Of a stretch of 64,000 nt of DNA, positions 43,803 to 53,886 are shown one piece after another. How positions within the stretch are numbered: position 1 is the first letter of the stretch; the number at the start of each line of letters is the position of its first letter. Position numbers and translations under genes: made by a program. The notes below the pieces were generated by a model, which saw only the letters and a list, made by a program, of their open reading frames with translations, was not told the DNA's origin and did not search any database. This stretch comes from Polyangiales bacterium. GTDB taxonomy: Bacteria; Myxococcota_A; Polyangia; Polyangiales; Polyangiaceae. The stretch lies in assembly GCA_038231275.1 (NCBI GenBank), contig JBBRLQ010000011.1:32001-96000 (forward strand). The letters run 5' to 3'.

Positions 43803-45311
43803 CTAGAGCCGGCGTCGTTTGCCCGTCGAGGGCGGGCGGCGTTCGCTCTGTTGTTCCTCTTTCTTCTCGTCCCGCTTGCGCCTCGCCTTGTAGAAGATGC
43901 GCACCGGCGCGCCTTCGAAGCCGAAGTGTTTGCGCAGCTGGTTGACGACGAACCGCCGGTAGGAGAAGTGGATCGCGTCGGGCCAATTCGTGATCGCCAC
44001 GAACGTGGGCGGTGAGGTCTCGGCCTGCGTCACGTAGTAGAGGCGCGGCGCTTTGCCGCCTTGGGTCGGCGGCGGGTGGGTGTCGAGCACCTTCTCGAAG
44101 AAGCGGTTCAGCTCGCCGGTCGTGACGCGCTTCTTGTATGCGGTCCGCACCTGGTCGATGGTCTCGAGCAAGTCGCCGACGCCGCGCCCGGTCTTAACGC
44201 TGAGGCGAACGAACGGCACATACGTCGCGAAGGTGACCTTGTCGCGCGCGAGCTCCTCGGTGCGCTTGAGATCCTCTTTGCTCATCAAGTCGGTCTTGTT
44301 GAGCGCGATGATCATCGCGCAACCGCGATCTTGGGCGAGGCCCAGGATTTTTGCGTCCTGCTCGGCGACGCCTTCCTTCGCGTCGCACATGACCACGACC
44401 ACCTCGGCGCGCTCCATCGCGCGGATGGCCTGCATCACGCTCATCGACTCGATGTCGCTGCCCTCCTTGGTGACCTTGCCCTTCTTGCGGATGCCGGCGG
44501 TGTCGATGAAGACGTACTTCTTCTCGCCGCGCGAGATAAGCGCGTCGATCGAGTCGCGCGTCGTGCCGGGGCGCTCGTCCACCAGCATGCGATCTTCGCC
44601 GAGGAGGCGGTTCAAGAGGCTGGATTTCCCGGCGTTCGGGCGCCCGACGACGGCGACGCGCGCGACGTTGGGGTCGGGCGGCCCGCCGGGCTCGGCCTGC
44701 TTCGGGAGCGACGCCATGACGGCGGCCTCGAGATCGCCCATGCCGCGGCCGTGCAGCGCGCTCACGGGGAAGACGCGCTCGACGCCGAGGCGATAGAGCT
44801 CGGTCGCGTAGGCGTCGCCGGCCTGCGAGTCGACCTTGTTCGCGACGAAGAACGACGGTTTGGCCGCCTGCCGCAGGAGCTTCACGGCCGCGCGATCGGC
44901 GCTCGTGAGATCCGTGGTGCCATCCGTGACGAAGATGATCGCGTCGGCCTCGGCGATCGCGGCCTTCACGTGGCGCGCGATGCCGGTCTTCATCGGATCG
45001 GCGTCCTCCGGATCGAACCCGCCGGTGTCGATGAGCGTGTAGCCGCGGCCGAAGGCGCTCGTGTCGGCGTAGTGCCGGTCGCGCGTGACGCCCGGCTCGT
45101 CGTGCACGATCGCGAGGCGCTGCCGGGCGAGACGGTTGAAGAGCGTGGATTTGCCGACGTTGGGACGGCCGACGATCGCGACGAGCGGAAGCCCGCGCAG
45201 TCCGCCCGGCTGCTTCGGCGCCACCTTCTCGCGCTCGGTGTCACGCTCCTCTTGTTTGTCGCTCTTGGTGGCCCGCTTGTGGCCTCCGCGCTTGCCCGCG
45301 TCGCCGGTCAT
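43803..45311 (-). CDS. der: Ribosome biogenesis GTPase Der
   Basis: Two G domains (GRPNVGKS, GRPNAGKS), DTGG/DTAG, C-terminal KH-like domain. Confidence 0.97.
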   Translation of the reverse strand: MTGDAGKRGGHKRATKSDKQEERDTEREKVAPKQPGGLRGLPLVAIVGRPNVGKSTLFNRLARQRLAIVHDEPGVTRDRHYADTSAFGRGYTLIDTGGFDPEDADPMKTGIARHVKAAIAEADAIIFVTDGTTDLTSADRAAVKLLRQAAKPSFFVANKVDSQAGDAYATELYRLGVERVFPVSALHGRGMGDLEAAVMASLPKQAEPGGPPDPNVARVAVVGRPNAGKSSLLNRLLGEDRMLVDERPGTTRDSIDALISRGEKKYVFIDTAGIRKKGKVTKEGSDIESMSVMQAIRAMERAEVVVVMCDAKEGVAEQDAKILGLAQDRGCAMIIALNKTDLMSKEDLKRTEELARDKVTFATYVPFVRLSVKTGRGVGDLLETIDQVRTAYKKRVTTGELNRFFEKVLDTHPPPTQGGKAPRLYYVTQAETSPPTFVAITNWPDAIHFSYRRFVVNQLRKHFGFEGAPVRIFYKARRKRDEKKEEQQSERRPPSTGKRRRL

Positions 45312-46258
45312 CCTTCGTCTCCGTAGCCCATCTCTTTCAGTTGGGCGTCGCTCTCGTACCAGCGCGGGGTCACGCGCACCCAGAGCTCGAGGTGGACCTG
45401 CCGACCCACGAGCGCCTCGATGCGCTTGCGCGCCTCGATGCCGACCGCCTTGATGACGGCCCCCTTGTCGCCGATGACGATCTTCTTGTGCCCGTCGCGG
45501 TCGACGTGGATCGTGGCCGAGATGTGCGGTACGCGCGGCGTCTCGTCGAAGCGCTCGACGGTGACGGCGATGCCGTGCGGGACCTCGTCGCGCGTCTTGG
45601 CGAGGATCTGCTCGCGGACCATCTCGGAGACGAAGAAGCGGACGGGGCGATCGCTGAGCTCGTCGTCCGGGAAGATCTTCTCGCCTTCGGGGAGGAGCTT
45701 CTTCGTCTCCTCGATGAGGCGCGCGACGCCGCTGTCTTGCTTGCGCGCGCTCATCGGGACGATCGCCGCGAAGGGGTGCGCCTTTTCGTACCCGGCGAGG
45801 ATTGGAAAGAGCTTCGTCTTGTCCTTCACCTTGTCGGATTTGTTGAGGACGAGGATGACGGGGACCCCCTCCGGCACCTGGGCCAGGATGACCCGGTCGA
45901 CCTCGCGCATTTCGGCGCCGGATCCGGGGGCGAGATCGGTCATGAAGAATACGATCTCGCAGTCGCGCGTTGCATCCCGAGCAAGTTGATTCATGCGTGC
46001 GCCGAGCTTCGTGCGCGCGCGGTGCACTCCTGGGGTGTCGATGAAGACGAGCTGGGAATCCTCATCGGTGAAAATGCCGCGGATTTGGTCGCGGGTCGTC
46101 TGCGGGTGCGAGCTCGTGATCGCGATCCGCTCGCCCACCAGCGCGTTCAGGAGCGTGCTCTTGCCGACGTTGGGCCGGCCCAGGATCGCGATGCGCCCAG
46201 CGCGGAACGGCCCCTTTTTCTTGCGGGGTAAGGCGGCTTTTGGCGTGGGGGGCGGCAT
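45308..46258 (-). CDS. era: GTPase Era
   Basis: GRPNVGKS, PQTTR, DTPG, NKSD, EVPH, IVIGDKG KH domain. Confidence 0.96.
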   Translation of the reverse strand: MPPPTPKAALPRKKKGPFRAGRIAILGRPNVGKSTLLNALVGERIAITSSHPQTTRDQIRGIFTDEDSQLVFIDTPGVHRARTKLGARMNQLARDATRDCEIVFFMTDLAPGSGAEMREVDRVILAQVPEGVPVILVLNKSDKVKDKTKLFPILAGYEKAHPFAAIVPMSARKQDSGVARLIEETKKLLPEGEKIFPDDELSDRPVRFFVSEMVREQILAKTRDEVPHGIAVTVERFDETPRVPHISATIHVDRDGHKKIVIGDKGAVIKAVGIEARKRIEALVGRQVHLELWVRVTPRWYESDAQLKEMGYGDEG

Positions 46259-46353
46259 CGGGGGCGCACCTCTTTAGCACGTTGCGTCGCGGGATCGTTT
46301 GCTACTACTGTCCGGCCGCTTCTCCAGGGCGACCTTTCTTTTTGGGGACTTCC

Positions 46354-49236
46354 ATGTCGAACGACGAGAACGAAGCCAAACCAACCGACGACGCGCCGAA
46401 GGCCGAGGCACCCGCCGCCGAGGCCGCTTCCCCAGTCCCCCCCGCTTCCCCAGTCCCCCCCGCCGGGGACGAAGGCGAGGGGTGGCGGAGGCGCATCCCG
46501 CTTTTGCTCGCGATCGCGACCCCCATCCTCTTTTTCTTCGTGCTGCCCCCGCTCTACAAGAGCGGCCTCTGGGACCCCTACGAGCTGAACGTCGCCGATC
46601 TCGCGCGGCGCCTCGCGCTGAACGTCTACGGCGCGCAGAATTTGTGGCTGACCGGCGCCGACAACTCGATGCCGCACCTGAACGACCTCGGTCGCCCCGA
46701 GCTGCCGTTCGACTCGATCGCGCTGGGGTTCAAGGTCTTCGGTCTCCACGAGTGGGCCGGCCGTGCGCCGCTCGCGCTTTGGGGGACCGCGGGGGTCCTC
46801 TCCACGTACGCGTTCGTGGCGCGACTCGTCGACAAGCGCGCCGGCCTCTATGCCGCGGTCGCGCTGTCGAGCATGCCGCTCTTCTTCGTCGGTGCGCGCA
46901 CCATGCTGGGCGACGTCGTCACGATGGCCGCGATCGCCATGAGCTTCGGCGGCTTCACCGTCGCGGTCTTCGATCGTGACGCCGATGGTCCGACGCCGGC
47001 GATGCGTCGCCTGCCGTGGATCGCGCTCGGTGTGATCGGGCTCGTCGCCGGCTTCGAGAGCCGCGGCGGCATCTTGGGCCTCGCGGTTCCTCTCACCGCG
47101 GTGGGCCTGGCGTGGGGCGTGTCGTGGGCGAGCGGCGAGCGCCGCGTCGACGTGATCGGCGACATCGTCGGCGCGATCCTCCTCGTCGCCGGCGTCCGCG
47201 CGATGATCCAAGGTTACACGGCGATCGAGGCGGCCAAGCCGGGCACATTGAACATGTGGGTCGGCGCGATGATCAAGCCGCCCGCGAAGTACCCGACGTT
47301 CGACTATTTCGTCGGCCACCTCGGCCCTGCGCTCGCGCCGTGGAGCGCGTTCGCGCCGTTCGCGCTCGGTCGTCTCTTCCTCACGCCGCCCCATCGGAGC
47401 GGGTACCTGTTCCAGCGCGAGAGCTTCGTGCGCATGGCGCTCGTGTGCGGCACCGCCGTCGCCTTCGCGGCGCACGGCTGGCTCGCGACGAAGACCGATC
47501 TGATCGCCTTCTCCGCCCCCGCGCTCCTCGCCGCGGCGTGCGGCATCGCGATCCGCGACTACGAGCGCGGCGCGCACCCGTCGATCGCCGTCGGCGTCGG
47601 CACGGGCGTCTTTTTGGGCGTGTTTCACCACGATTTCCACGAGATTCCCGACAAGGCGTACCAGGCGTTCGCGGTTGTCGGCGCGCCCTTCCCCGAGAGC
47701 TTCAAGACGCAAGCGCTCCTCCTCTGGACGATCGCGCTCGTCGGCTTCGCGGGCGTCGCGTTCCTCACCTGGGTCGAACGCGAAGGGACGCGGAAGCCCT
47801 TCGATCCGGCCGGCTACCTAAAGGTGCTCAACGCCCTCCGTGACGCATGGGACGGTCTCCTCGCCCTCGCGTACTTCGCGATGGTCGCTGGGGCGTCGCT
47901 CGCAGGGCTCACCATTTGGGTCGGCGTGAAGACGCACGCCAAGTGGCTGCCCAGCCTGTCCCTCCAGATCCGTGACGGCGTGCTCAACGCGTGGTGGGTG
48001 ACGGCGTTCGTCCCGCTCGGGATCATCCTCGGCATCTACTTCGCGTGCGACGTGTGGCTCTGGGCCTTTGGCCGCGCGCAGCCGTTCACGTGGGCGTCGC
48101 TCACGCGCGGCTTCGAGCCGTTCGAGGAGCTGTGGGACCGCCTCCGCAAGGGCGGGGGCGACGCGGCGCAGAAGCAAGAGCGGCTCGTCGTGCTGGTCGT
48201 CCTCGTTCCGTTGATGGTTCTCGCGCTTCCCGGCGGCGTCATCGGTTACCTCTGGTCGCACGGCACCCGCCCGATCATCGCTGCCGCGCTCGGCGTTCCC
48301 GCGGGCGTCGCCGCGTTCCTCGTGATGGGGTTCATCGGCGATCTGCTCCGCGGCAGCCGCGCGGCGTTCTTCCCGCTCTTCGCGGCGGTGACCGGCATGG
48401 TCCTCTGCTTCTCGTACTACCCGGCGCTCGCCAACCAGCTTTCTCCGAAGGAAGTCTTCGAGAGCTACCAGCGCATCCACGAAGGCTCCGAGCCGCTCGC
48501 GCTCTTCGGCGTGGGCGGTCGCACGTCGGCGTACTACGCGGGCGGCGAGCCCAAGACGTTCAGCGACGCGCAGGGCGCCTTCACGTGGCTCATCGGCGAA
48601 CCCGGCGCCGGCCGCCGCTTTCTCGTCATGAAGACCGACGAGCTCGCGAAGCTCAATCAGATGTACCGCGACAAGGCCCCCGCCGGTCAGCGCGAGAACC
48701 TCCCAGTGCTCGACGGCCGCTCGAGCCAGATCGTCCTCGTCGGCTCGCGCCTCGCGTCTGGCGAGAAGAGCCAGAACCCGCTCGCCAAGGTCATCCTCAC
48801 CGGCCCACCCGCGAAGGTGCAGCACCGCCTCGACGTGGAGATGGAGGACAAGCTCTACGTCATCGGCTACGACCTCACCGATCCGACGGGCCGCCTCGTC
48901 GAGTCGGTCGCGCCCGGCCGCAAGTACCACTTCAAGACGTACTACAAGGTCCTCAATCCCATCACGACCGAGTGGGAGGCGTTCATCCACATCGACGGGT
49001 TCCATCGCCGGCACAACGGCGACCACAAGCCGATGGATGGCAAGTACCCGTTCCACCTGTGGCTGAAGGACGACGTCCTCCTGGACGACCACGAGTTCAG
49101 CCTGGAGCCGAATTTCACCCCCGGCGCGTACACCGTTTACTTCGGCCTCTTTGTGGGCGATACGCGGTTGAAAGTGACCAAGGGGCCCAGCGACGGGGAC
49201 AACCGCATCAACGGCGGCGCGCTCAACGTCCAGTGA
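46354..49236 (+). CDS. ArnT/PMT (GT-C fold) family membrane glycosyltransferase
   Basis: GLWDPYE after the first TM, FGLHEWAGR, many TM helices, C-terminal soluble domain. Confidence 0.75.
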   Translation: MSNDENEAKPTDDAPKAEAPAAEAASPVPPASPVPPAGDEGEGWRRRIPLLLAIATPILFFFVLPPLYKSGLWDPYELNVADLARRLALNVYGAQNLWLTGADNSMPHLNDLGRPELPFDSIALGFKVFGLHEWAGRAPLALWGTAGVLSTYAFVARLVDKRAGLYAAVALSSMPLFFVGARTMLGDVVTMAAIAMSFGGFTVAVFDRDADGPTPAMRRLPWIALGVIGLVAGFESRGGILGLAVPLTAVGLAWGVSWASGERRVDVIGDIVGAILLVAGVRAMIQGYTAIEAAKPGTLNMWVGAMIKPPAKYPTFDYFVGHLGPALAPWSAFAPFALGRLFLTPPHRSGYLFQRESFVRMALVCGTAVAFAAHGWLATKTDLIAFSAPALLAAACGIAIRDYERGAHPSIAVGVGTGVFLGVFHHDFHEIPDKAYQAFAVVGAPFPESFKTQALLLWTIALVGFAGVAFLTWVEREGTRKPFDPAGYLKVLNALRDAWDGLLALAYFAMVAGASLAGLTIWVGVKTHAKWLPSLSLQIRDGVLNAWWVTAFVPLGIILGIYFACDVWLWAFGRAQPFTWASLTRGFEPFEELWDRLRKGGGDAAQKQERLVVLVVLVPLMVLALPGGVIGYLWSHGTRPIIAAALGVPAGVAAFLVMGFIGDLLRGSRAAFFPLFAAVTGMVLCFSYYPALANQLSPKEVFESYQRIHEGSEPLALFGVGGRTSAYYAGGEPKTFSDAQGAFTWLIGEPGAGRRFLVMKTDELAKLNQMYRDKAPAGQRENLPVLDGRSSQIVLVGSRLASGEKSQNPLAKVILTGPPAKVQHRLDVEMEDKLYVIGYDLTDPTGRLVESVAPGRKYHFKTYYKVLNPITTEWEAFIHIDGFHRRHNGDHKPMDGKYPFHLWLKDDVLLDDHEFSLEPNFTPGAYTVYFGLFVGDTRLKVTKGPSDGDNRINGGALNVQ

Positions 49237-49306
49237 GCGTCTCGAATCGGGCGTAGAAAACGCCACTTCGGGCCTTGCCTCGGCACTCAAAGAGGGGGAT
49301 AGGCAA

Positions 49307-49756
49307 ATGGGAATCATGGTGACGACGAAGGATGATCCGGCGCTCGAGGCCGCAGTCATGGACGCGACGATTGGGGCCTCGGACTCCGACGCGCCTCTCT
49401 CGGCAGACCGCCGCAACTCCGCCCGCTACGAAGTGAGCTGGTCGGTCGACTGCGTGGGGGACGACACGTTCCTCTTCGCGTCGATGGCGAACATCAGCGA
49501 GATGGGCATCTTCGTACTGACGACGGACCCGCTCGCGATCGGCACCAACATCATGCTCTCGTTCTCGCCGCCCGGTCACGAGCCGTTCAAGCTCGCCGGT
49601 CAGGTCACGTGGATCAACAAGGTCCGCCCGAACGGCGACAACCCCAACCCGGGGATGGGCGTCCGCTTCGTGAACCTGACGCCCGACGATCGCGAGCGCA
49701 TCGTCGAGGTCATCCGCGCGATTTGCTACCTCCGCCCCGGCAGCGCGCCGAGCTGA
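49307..49756 (+). CDS. PilZ-domain protein (TIGR02266-like)
   Basis: RRNSAR (RxxxR), NISEMG, GQVTW, PGMGVRF. Confidence 0.88.
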   Translation: MGIMVTTKDDPALEAAVMDATIGASDSDAPLSADRRNSARYEVSWSVDCVGDDTFLFASMANISEMGIFVLTTDPLAIGTNIMLSFSPPGHEPFKLAGQVTWINKVRPNGDNPNPGMGVRFVNLTPDDRERIVEVIRAICYLRPGSAPS

Positions 49757-49766
49757 GTTTTCGCCC

Positions 49767-51488
49767 TTACTTGGGAACGGGGAAGCGGCGTCCGACGATC
49801 CCGAACGGCGCCGCGGTGCCTTGGTCCGTCCAGCCGATCGCGATCGACGGGCTCGCGCCGCCGACGGCGACCACCGGCTCTGCGCGCGGGCGGCCGTCGG
49901 CGATGCTCGCCTGAAAGTCGCCGTTCTGGCCGTCCACGTTGTTGAAGAGGAAGCCGGACGCGCCGCCGAGGAGTCGACCTCGCACGTGGCGCGTCTGCGC
50001 GTCAAGCCACACGACGACGAAGGACCCTGCGGCGGCGTTCATGCCGGCGATCCGGGGAGTCAGCTGATCACCGGGGACGGTCGTGTTGATGGGCGCCGCC
50101 TGATCACCGGCCGCCTTCGCGGCGGCGGCGCTGTAACGCTGGCCCACGATGTCGGCGCCGTTCGCGCCCGCGTGATCGCTCCACACCACCGCGAAGCGCC
50201 CGTCGGAGAGCGCCGCGATCGCCGGGTGATCTTGCTGGCCCTGCGTGCTGTCATTCACGATGGTCTCGCTGCCGAACGCGTTTCCGTTCGCGTCGATCGA
50301 TCGCATCTTGATGTCGCCGGCGCCCTCCCACACGGCGATCCATCCGTTGGCGGTCGACGCGAGCTGCACGCCGCGGTTGCCCGATCCGCTCGAGATGTCC
50401 TGCTGCGGGCCGAGCGTTCCGGGAGTGCCGGGCTTGTACGTTCGCCCCGCGATTTTCTGGGCGCCGTCGTCCTGCCACGCGATGAAGAGCATCCCGTTCG
50501 GGCCTGCTGCCACTGCCGGCGCGGTCTGGATTCCCGCCTCACCCGTGTCGCCGGCGCCGTTCACCGAGACCGGCGCAGCGAACGCTTGCTGCGCGGTGAA
50601 CGATCCGTCCATCGAGCGGAGGTGGATGTCGGGCGTCGCGCTCGAGCCGCTGTTGTCGTCGAAGACGACGAAGTACTGCGAACCGATCACCGCCGCGCTG
50701 GGGAGCTGCTTCGCGCCGGGCTGCGGCTTGGCCGCTTGCGTCGGATCGTTGGGGATGTACGTCGACGACGGGAAGCCCGACAGCGGCGCGAACGTGTCGC
50801 TCATGACGCGCATCGAGATCTCGCTCTTCGAGGTCGAGAGCCCGTTCGGTGTCTTGTCGCCGAAGAACGCGAGGAGCCGGCCGCCGTCCCCGGCCTGCGC
50901 GGGCCACAGGAACGCGGGCGCCGACTTGTCGCCGGGGCCCCCGTCGGTCGACAAGAGCTGCTCGGTCGTGTGGCACTGCGCATCGCACGTCGGGTCGACC
51001 GGATCGCGCTCGCACTGCTCGGTCGAGTCGATCGTCTTGTTGCCGCAGACCGACGGCGGCACGTAGCGGATCATCACGATCTTGAGCGGGAGCGCGTCCT
51101 GATCGACGACGGCCTTCGTGCACCCGTCGGCCAGATCCGCGACCGTCGCCGACGAGGCCTGCGCTTGGAAGAGGCGCGCGGTGGCGCTCTTCGCGATCGA
51201 GAGCTGCCCGCAGAATTTTCCCCCAGTAGGGCAGGGACCGCCGGCCAGGCTCGTCCCGAGATCCGCCGTCGCGATCGGCTTCGGGGCGCCGGTGATCTTC
51301 CCGGTCGCCGCGTCGCAGTCGACGCCGTTCGCGAGGTCATAGACGCTGACGGTCACCTTCGTGACGCCGTCGAGGAGACCTTGTGGGAAGAGCAGGCTCG
51401 GCGCCGTCGAGATCGTGACCGGCTCATGGCCCGCGCTGCACGCGGCGACGGCGACGGCGACGACGAGGAGGTGACCGTGTGCGCGCAT
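49767..51488 (-). CDS. Lipoprotein with myxobacterial Cys repeat and beta-repeat C-terminus
   Basis: VAAC lipobox; CGNKTIDSTEQCE; repeated PAIAA...FAVVW units. Confidence 0.8.
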   Translation of the reverse strand: MRAHGHLLVVAVAVAACSAGHEPVTISTAPSLLFPQGLLDGVTKVTVSVYDLANGVDCDAATGKITGAPKPIATADLGTSLAGGPCPTGGKFCGQLSIAKSATARLFQAQASSATVADLADGCTKAVVDQDALPLKIVMIRYVPPSVCGNKTIDSTEQCERDPVDPTCDAQCHTTEQLLSTDGGPGDKSAPAFLWPAQAGDGGRLLAFFGDKTPNGLSTSKSEISMRVMSDTFAPLSGFPSSTYIPNDPTQAAKPQPGAKQLPSAAVIGSQYFVVFDDNSGSSATPDIHLRSMDGSFTAQQAFAAPVSVNGAGDTGEAGIQTAPAVAAGPNGMLFIAWQDDGAQKIAGRTYKPGTPGTLGPQQDISSGSGNRGVQLASTANGWIAVWEGAGDIKMRSIDANGNAFGSETIVNDSTQGQQDHPAIAALSDGRFAVVWSDHAGANGADIVGQRYSAAAAKAAGDQAAPINTTVPGDQLTPRIAGMNAAAGSFVVVWLDAQTRHVRGRLLGGASGFLFNNVDGQNGDFQASIADGRPRAEPVVAVGGASPSIAIGWTDQGTAAPFGIVGRRFPVPK

Positions 51489-51514
51489 TTCCGCGCTTGC
51501 TTATAGCACGGCGG

Positions 51515-52141
51515 CTACCGCCCTCGGCGAAGCCACGGGATCTTGAAGATCGACGATCCGCCCGCGTCCGGCTCGGTGAGGATCTCGACGCCGGCCAGAT
51601 CGAGCGCTTCGACGAGCGCGAGCCGCGCCTTCTCGCCGCCGTCCACCCGCGCGCGCCGCACCTTCGCGCGCACGGCCTTGACGGCCACGCGCGCCGCCCA
51701 CTCGCCGAGCGCGTCCGCGTCTTCGTCGGGGGGCCCCGCCACGAACCCCATCGTGACCTTGTCGATCCGCACCGCGCAACGCGGAAAATCCCACGCCTTC
51801 ATCGCGTCCACGCGCGCCTTGTCGATCCGCGCGGCGGCGTACCCCTCCGCCAGCGACGCCCGCGCCGACACCAGCCACTCGCCGGTCGTCCCCGTCTCTT
51901 CGATCGCCCCATCCATCGTCGCCGCCGCGAGCGTCGGAGTGCCGCCATGCTCGGCGATGAGCCGCCCGAGCACCAAGCACGCATGAAACAAATCCGCATG
52001 CCCGTCACCCAGCAACCTCGTCACGACGAGCGCCCTCGCCGCATGCGTGGCGTCGATCGCCATATGGTCTTCGGGAACGAGCGCCCGCGCGTGGTCCCTT
52101 TTGGACCACCCCGCCGTCATCGCCTCGATCCGCGCTTCCAC
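51515..52141 (-). CDS. Hypothetical protein, possibly degenerate RsbR/STAS-like
   Basis: GTG start; helical N-terminus followed by an alpha/beta segment. Confidence 0.6.
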   Translation of the reverse strand: MEARIEAMTAGWSKRDHARALVPEDHMAIDATHAARALVVTRLLGDGHADLFHACLVLGRLIAEHGGTPTLAAATMDGAIEETGTTGEWLVSARASLAEGYAAARIDKARVDAMKAWDFPRCAVRIDKVTMGFVAGPPDEDADALGEWAARVAVKAVRAKVRRARVDGGEKARLALVEALDLAGVEILTEPDAGGSSIFKIPWLRRGR

Positions 52142-52184
52142 TCCTCTAGTGTGACACAGGCTTGGTCTGGTTTTGGGGGCACAG

Positions 52185-52329
52185 GGTGCAATGCTCGCTC
52201 GCTCGACTCCGCGCCTCGTCGGCGCTCCGCTCGACTCGCGATTCTCGATGAGCTTAGGGGGCGCCCGGTGGAGTGGCGCCACTCCCCCAGACCCCCAGCG
52301 GGAGGGCGATATTTGCCTCCCGTTGCACC
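52185..52329. repeat. Structured intergenic element with terminal inverted repeat
   Basis: GGTGCAATG...CGTTGCACC ends; internal GGAGTGGCGCCACTCC palindrome and CGGGAGG/CCTCCCG hairpin. Confidence 0.5.
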
Positions 52330-52331
52330 AA

Positions 52332-53810
52332 CTAGAACGCCGAGTCCTTTTGGGGAGGCGGCGCGGGGGCTTGCTGTTGGCTGGGCTCGGGGGCCTTGCG
52401 GGGCTGCGGTTTCGCGGCCGCTTTGGGGCTCATCGCATCGAGCTCGCGTTGGGCGCGGGCGGCGTGGCTGGTGACGGTGAGGAGGCGGACGAGGCGCGCG
52501 CGGGCGGTCTCGAACTGGCCGAGCTGGCGGTAGCACTGGCCGCCCTCGAGGAGCGCGTCGTTGCCGTTGTTCGTGCCGGCTTGGCGGCCGACGATCGCGT
52601 CGTAGCGCATGAGGGACGCGCCGCAGCCGGAGCCGTCCCGCACGCTGCGCGCTCCCCAGAGCGCGGCGTTGTTGTCGCCGCTCGCGGCGAGCGCGTCGAA
52701 CTGTCGGGTCGCGTCGGTGAAGTTGCGTTGCGCGTAGGCCGCGCGCGCGGTGTCGAACGCCGACGGGCCCTGATCCACTTTCTTCGGCGCGCCGTCCTTC
52801 GTCGTGTCGCGAAGATCGCCGCCTTGCGCCTGCGCGAGCTGCGGCGCTTGCGCGGGAGCAGCGGCAGGCGGGGCAGGGGCGGCCGGGCTGGCCGTGATCG
52901 TCGTCGGAGCGGGGCGCGACGAGGCCCACGGATCCGCGTTGTCCGCGGCGGGCTTCGAGGCGCGCGCCGGAGGAGTCGTCGGTGCGTTGTTGGCGTAGCC
53001 GCCGTAGCCGCCGCCCCCACCGGGCGCGCCCGCCGCACGCGGCCGACCGTACGCCGAAGCGCCGCCGATGGCGCCCGCGTTGGACGGACCTGCGCCGCGC
53101 GTCGCGACCTTGTTCTTTTCTTCTTTTCCTTCCGCGTCGTCCATATCGAGCGCGCCGAGCGCGCCGCTCTTGTCCGCGCGCCCCTGACCCTTCGTGAGGC
53201 CGTCCATGAAGCCCTTCGATTCGTCTTCGGGCAGCGCCACCGCGGGAGTGGGCGCCGCGGTGGCCGTCGCCATCGCCACCGCGCTCGCGGACGACTGCGC
53301 CTCGCCCGCCTTCTTCGCGCCGTGCGCGGCGTTCGCGGCAGGCGTGTCGAGCGACTCTTCGCGATTGAGCGCGGCGATGCTCGCGGCCGGCGCGCCTTGT
53401 TCGGTCACCGTCATCGGCGCCGCCGCCATCGGGCTCGCCTTTCGACCGCCCTTCAAGAACACGACCGACGACCCGATCATGAGGAGGAAGACCGCGGCCA
53501 TCTGCGTCTGCGGGCGCATCGCCCAGCTCCCGGCGGCTGAGATGGCGCTCGCGAAGCGGCGACGGAACGGCACGACCTTCTGCGCCTCGCGCGTCGCGGC
53601 GAGGATGCGATCCTCGAGCGTGCCGGGCAGCTCCACCATCGGCACGCCGCCGGCGCTCACCATCACGCGGCGCGTCGCGCGGAGGCCACCGTAGATCGAC
53701 GCGCAGCGCGCGCAGCCCGCGACATGCCGCTTCACCGCGGCGCTCGTGAGCTCGTCGAGCTCGTCGTAGAGCTCGTCGATCATCTGGGTTTCGAACTTCT
53801 CGCAATCCAT
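52332..53810 (-). CDS. Anti-sigma factor (zf-HC2, TM, C-terminal TPR-like)
   Basis: MDC...HVAGCARC zinc motif; TM; downstream of the ECF sigma gene. Confidence 0.85.
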   Translation of the reverse strand: MDCEKFETQMIDELYDELDELTSAAVKRHVAGCARCASIYGGLRATRRVMVSAGGVPMVELPGTLEDRILAATREAQKVVPFRRRFASAISAAGSWAMRPQTQMAAVFLLMIGSSVVFLKGGRKASPMAAAPMTVTEQGAPAASIAALNREESLDTPAANAAHGAKKAGEAQSSASAVAMATATAAPTPAVALPEDESKGFMDGLTKGQGRADKSGALGALDMDDAEGKEEKNKVATRGAGPSNAGAIGGASAYGRPRAAGAPGGGGGYGGYANNAPTTPPARASKPAADNADPWASSRPAPTTITASPAAPAPPAAAPAQAPQLAQAQGGDLRDTTKDGAPKKVDQGPSAFDTARAAYAQRNFTDATRQFDALAASGDNNAALWGARSVRDGSGCGASLMRYDAIVGRQAGTNNGNDALLEGGQCYRQLGQFETARARLVRLLTVTSHAARAQRELDAMSPKAAAKPQPRKAPEPSQQQAPAPPPQKDSAF

Positions 53811-53886
53811 GACTACCCTGAAAACCTAACCCTTCCTCTATCGTCTGCCACTTCTCTGCACGTCCAGCCCATCCGCTCTCACGCTC

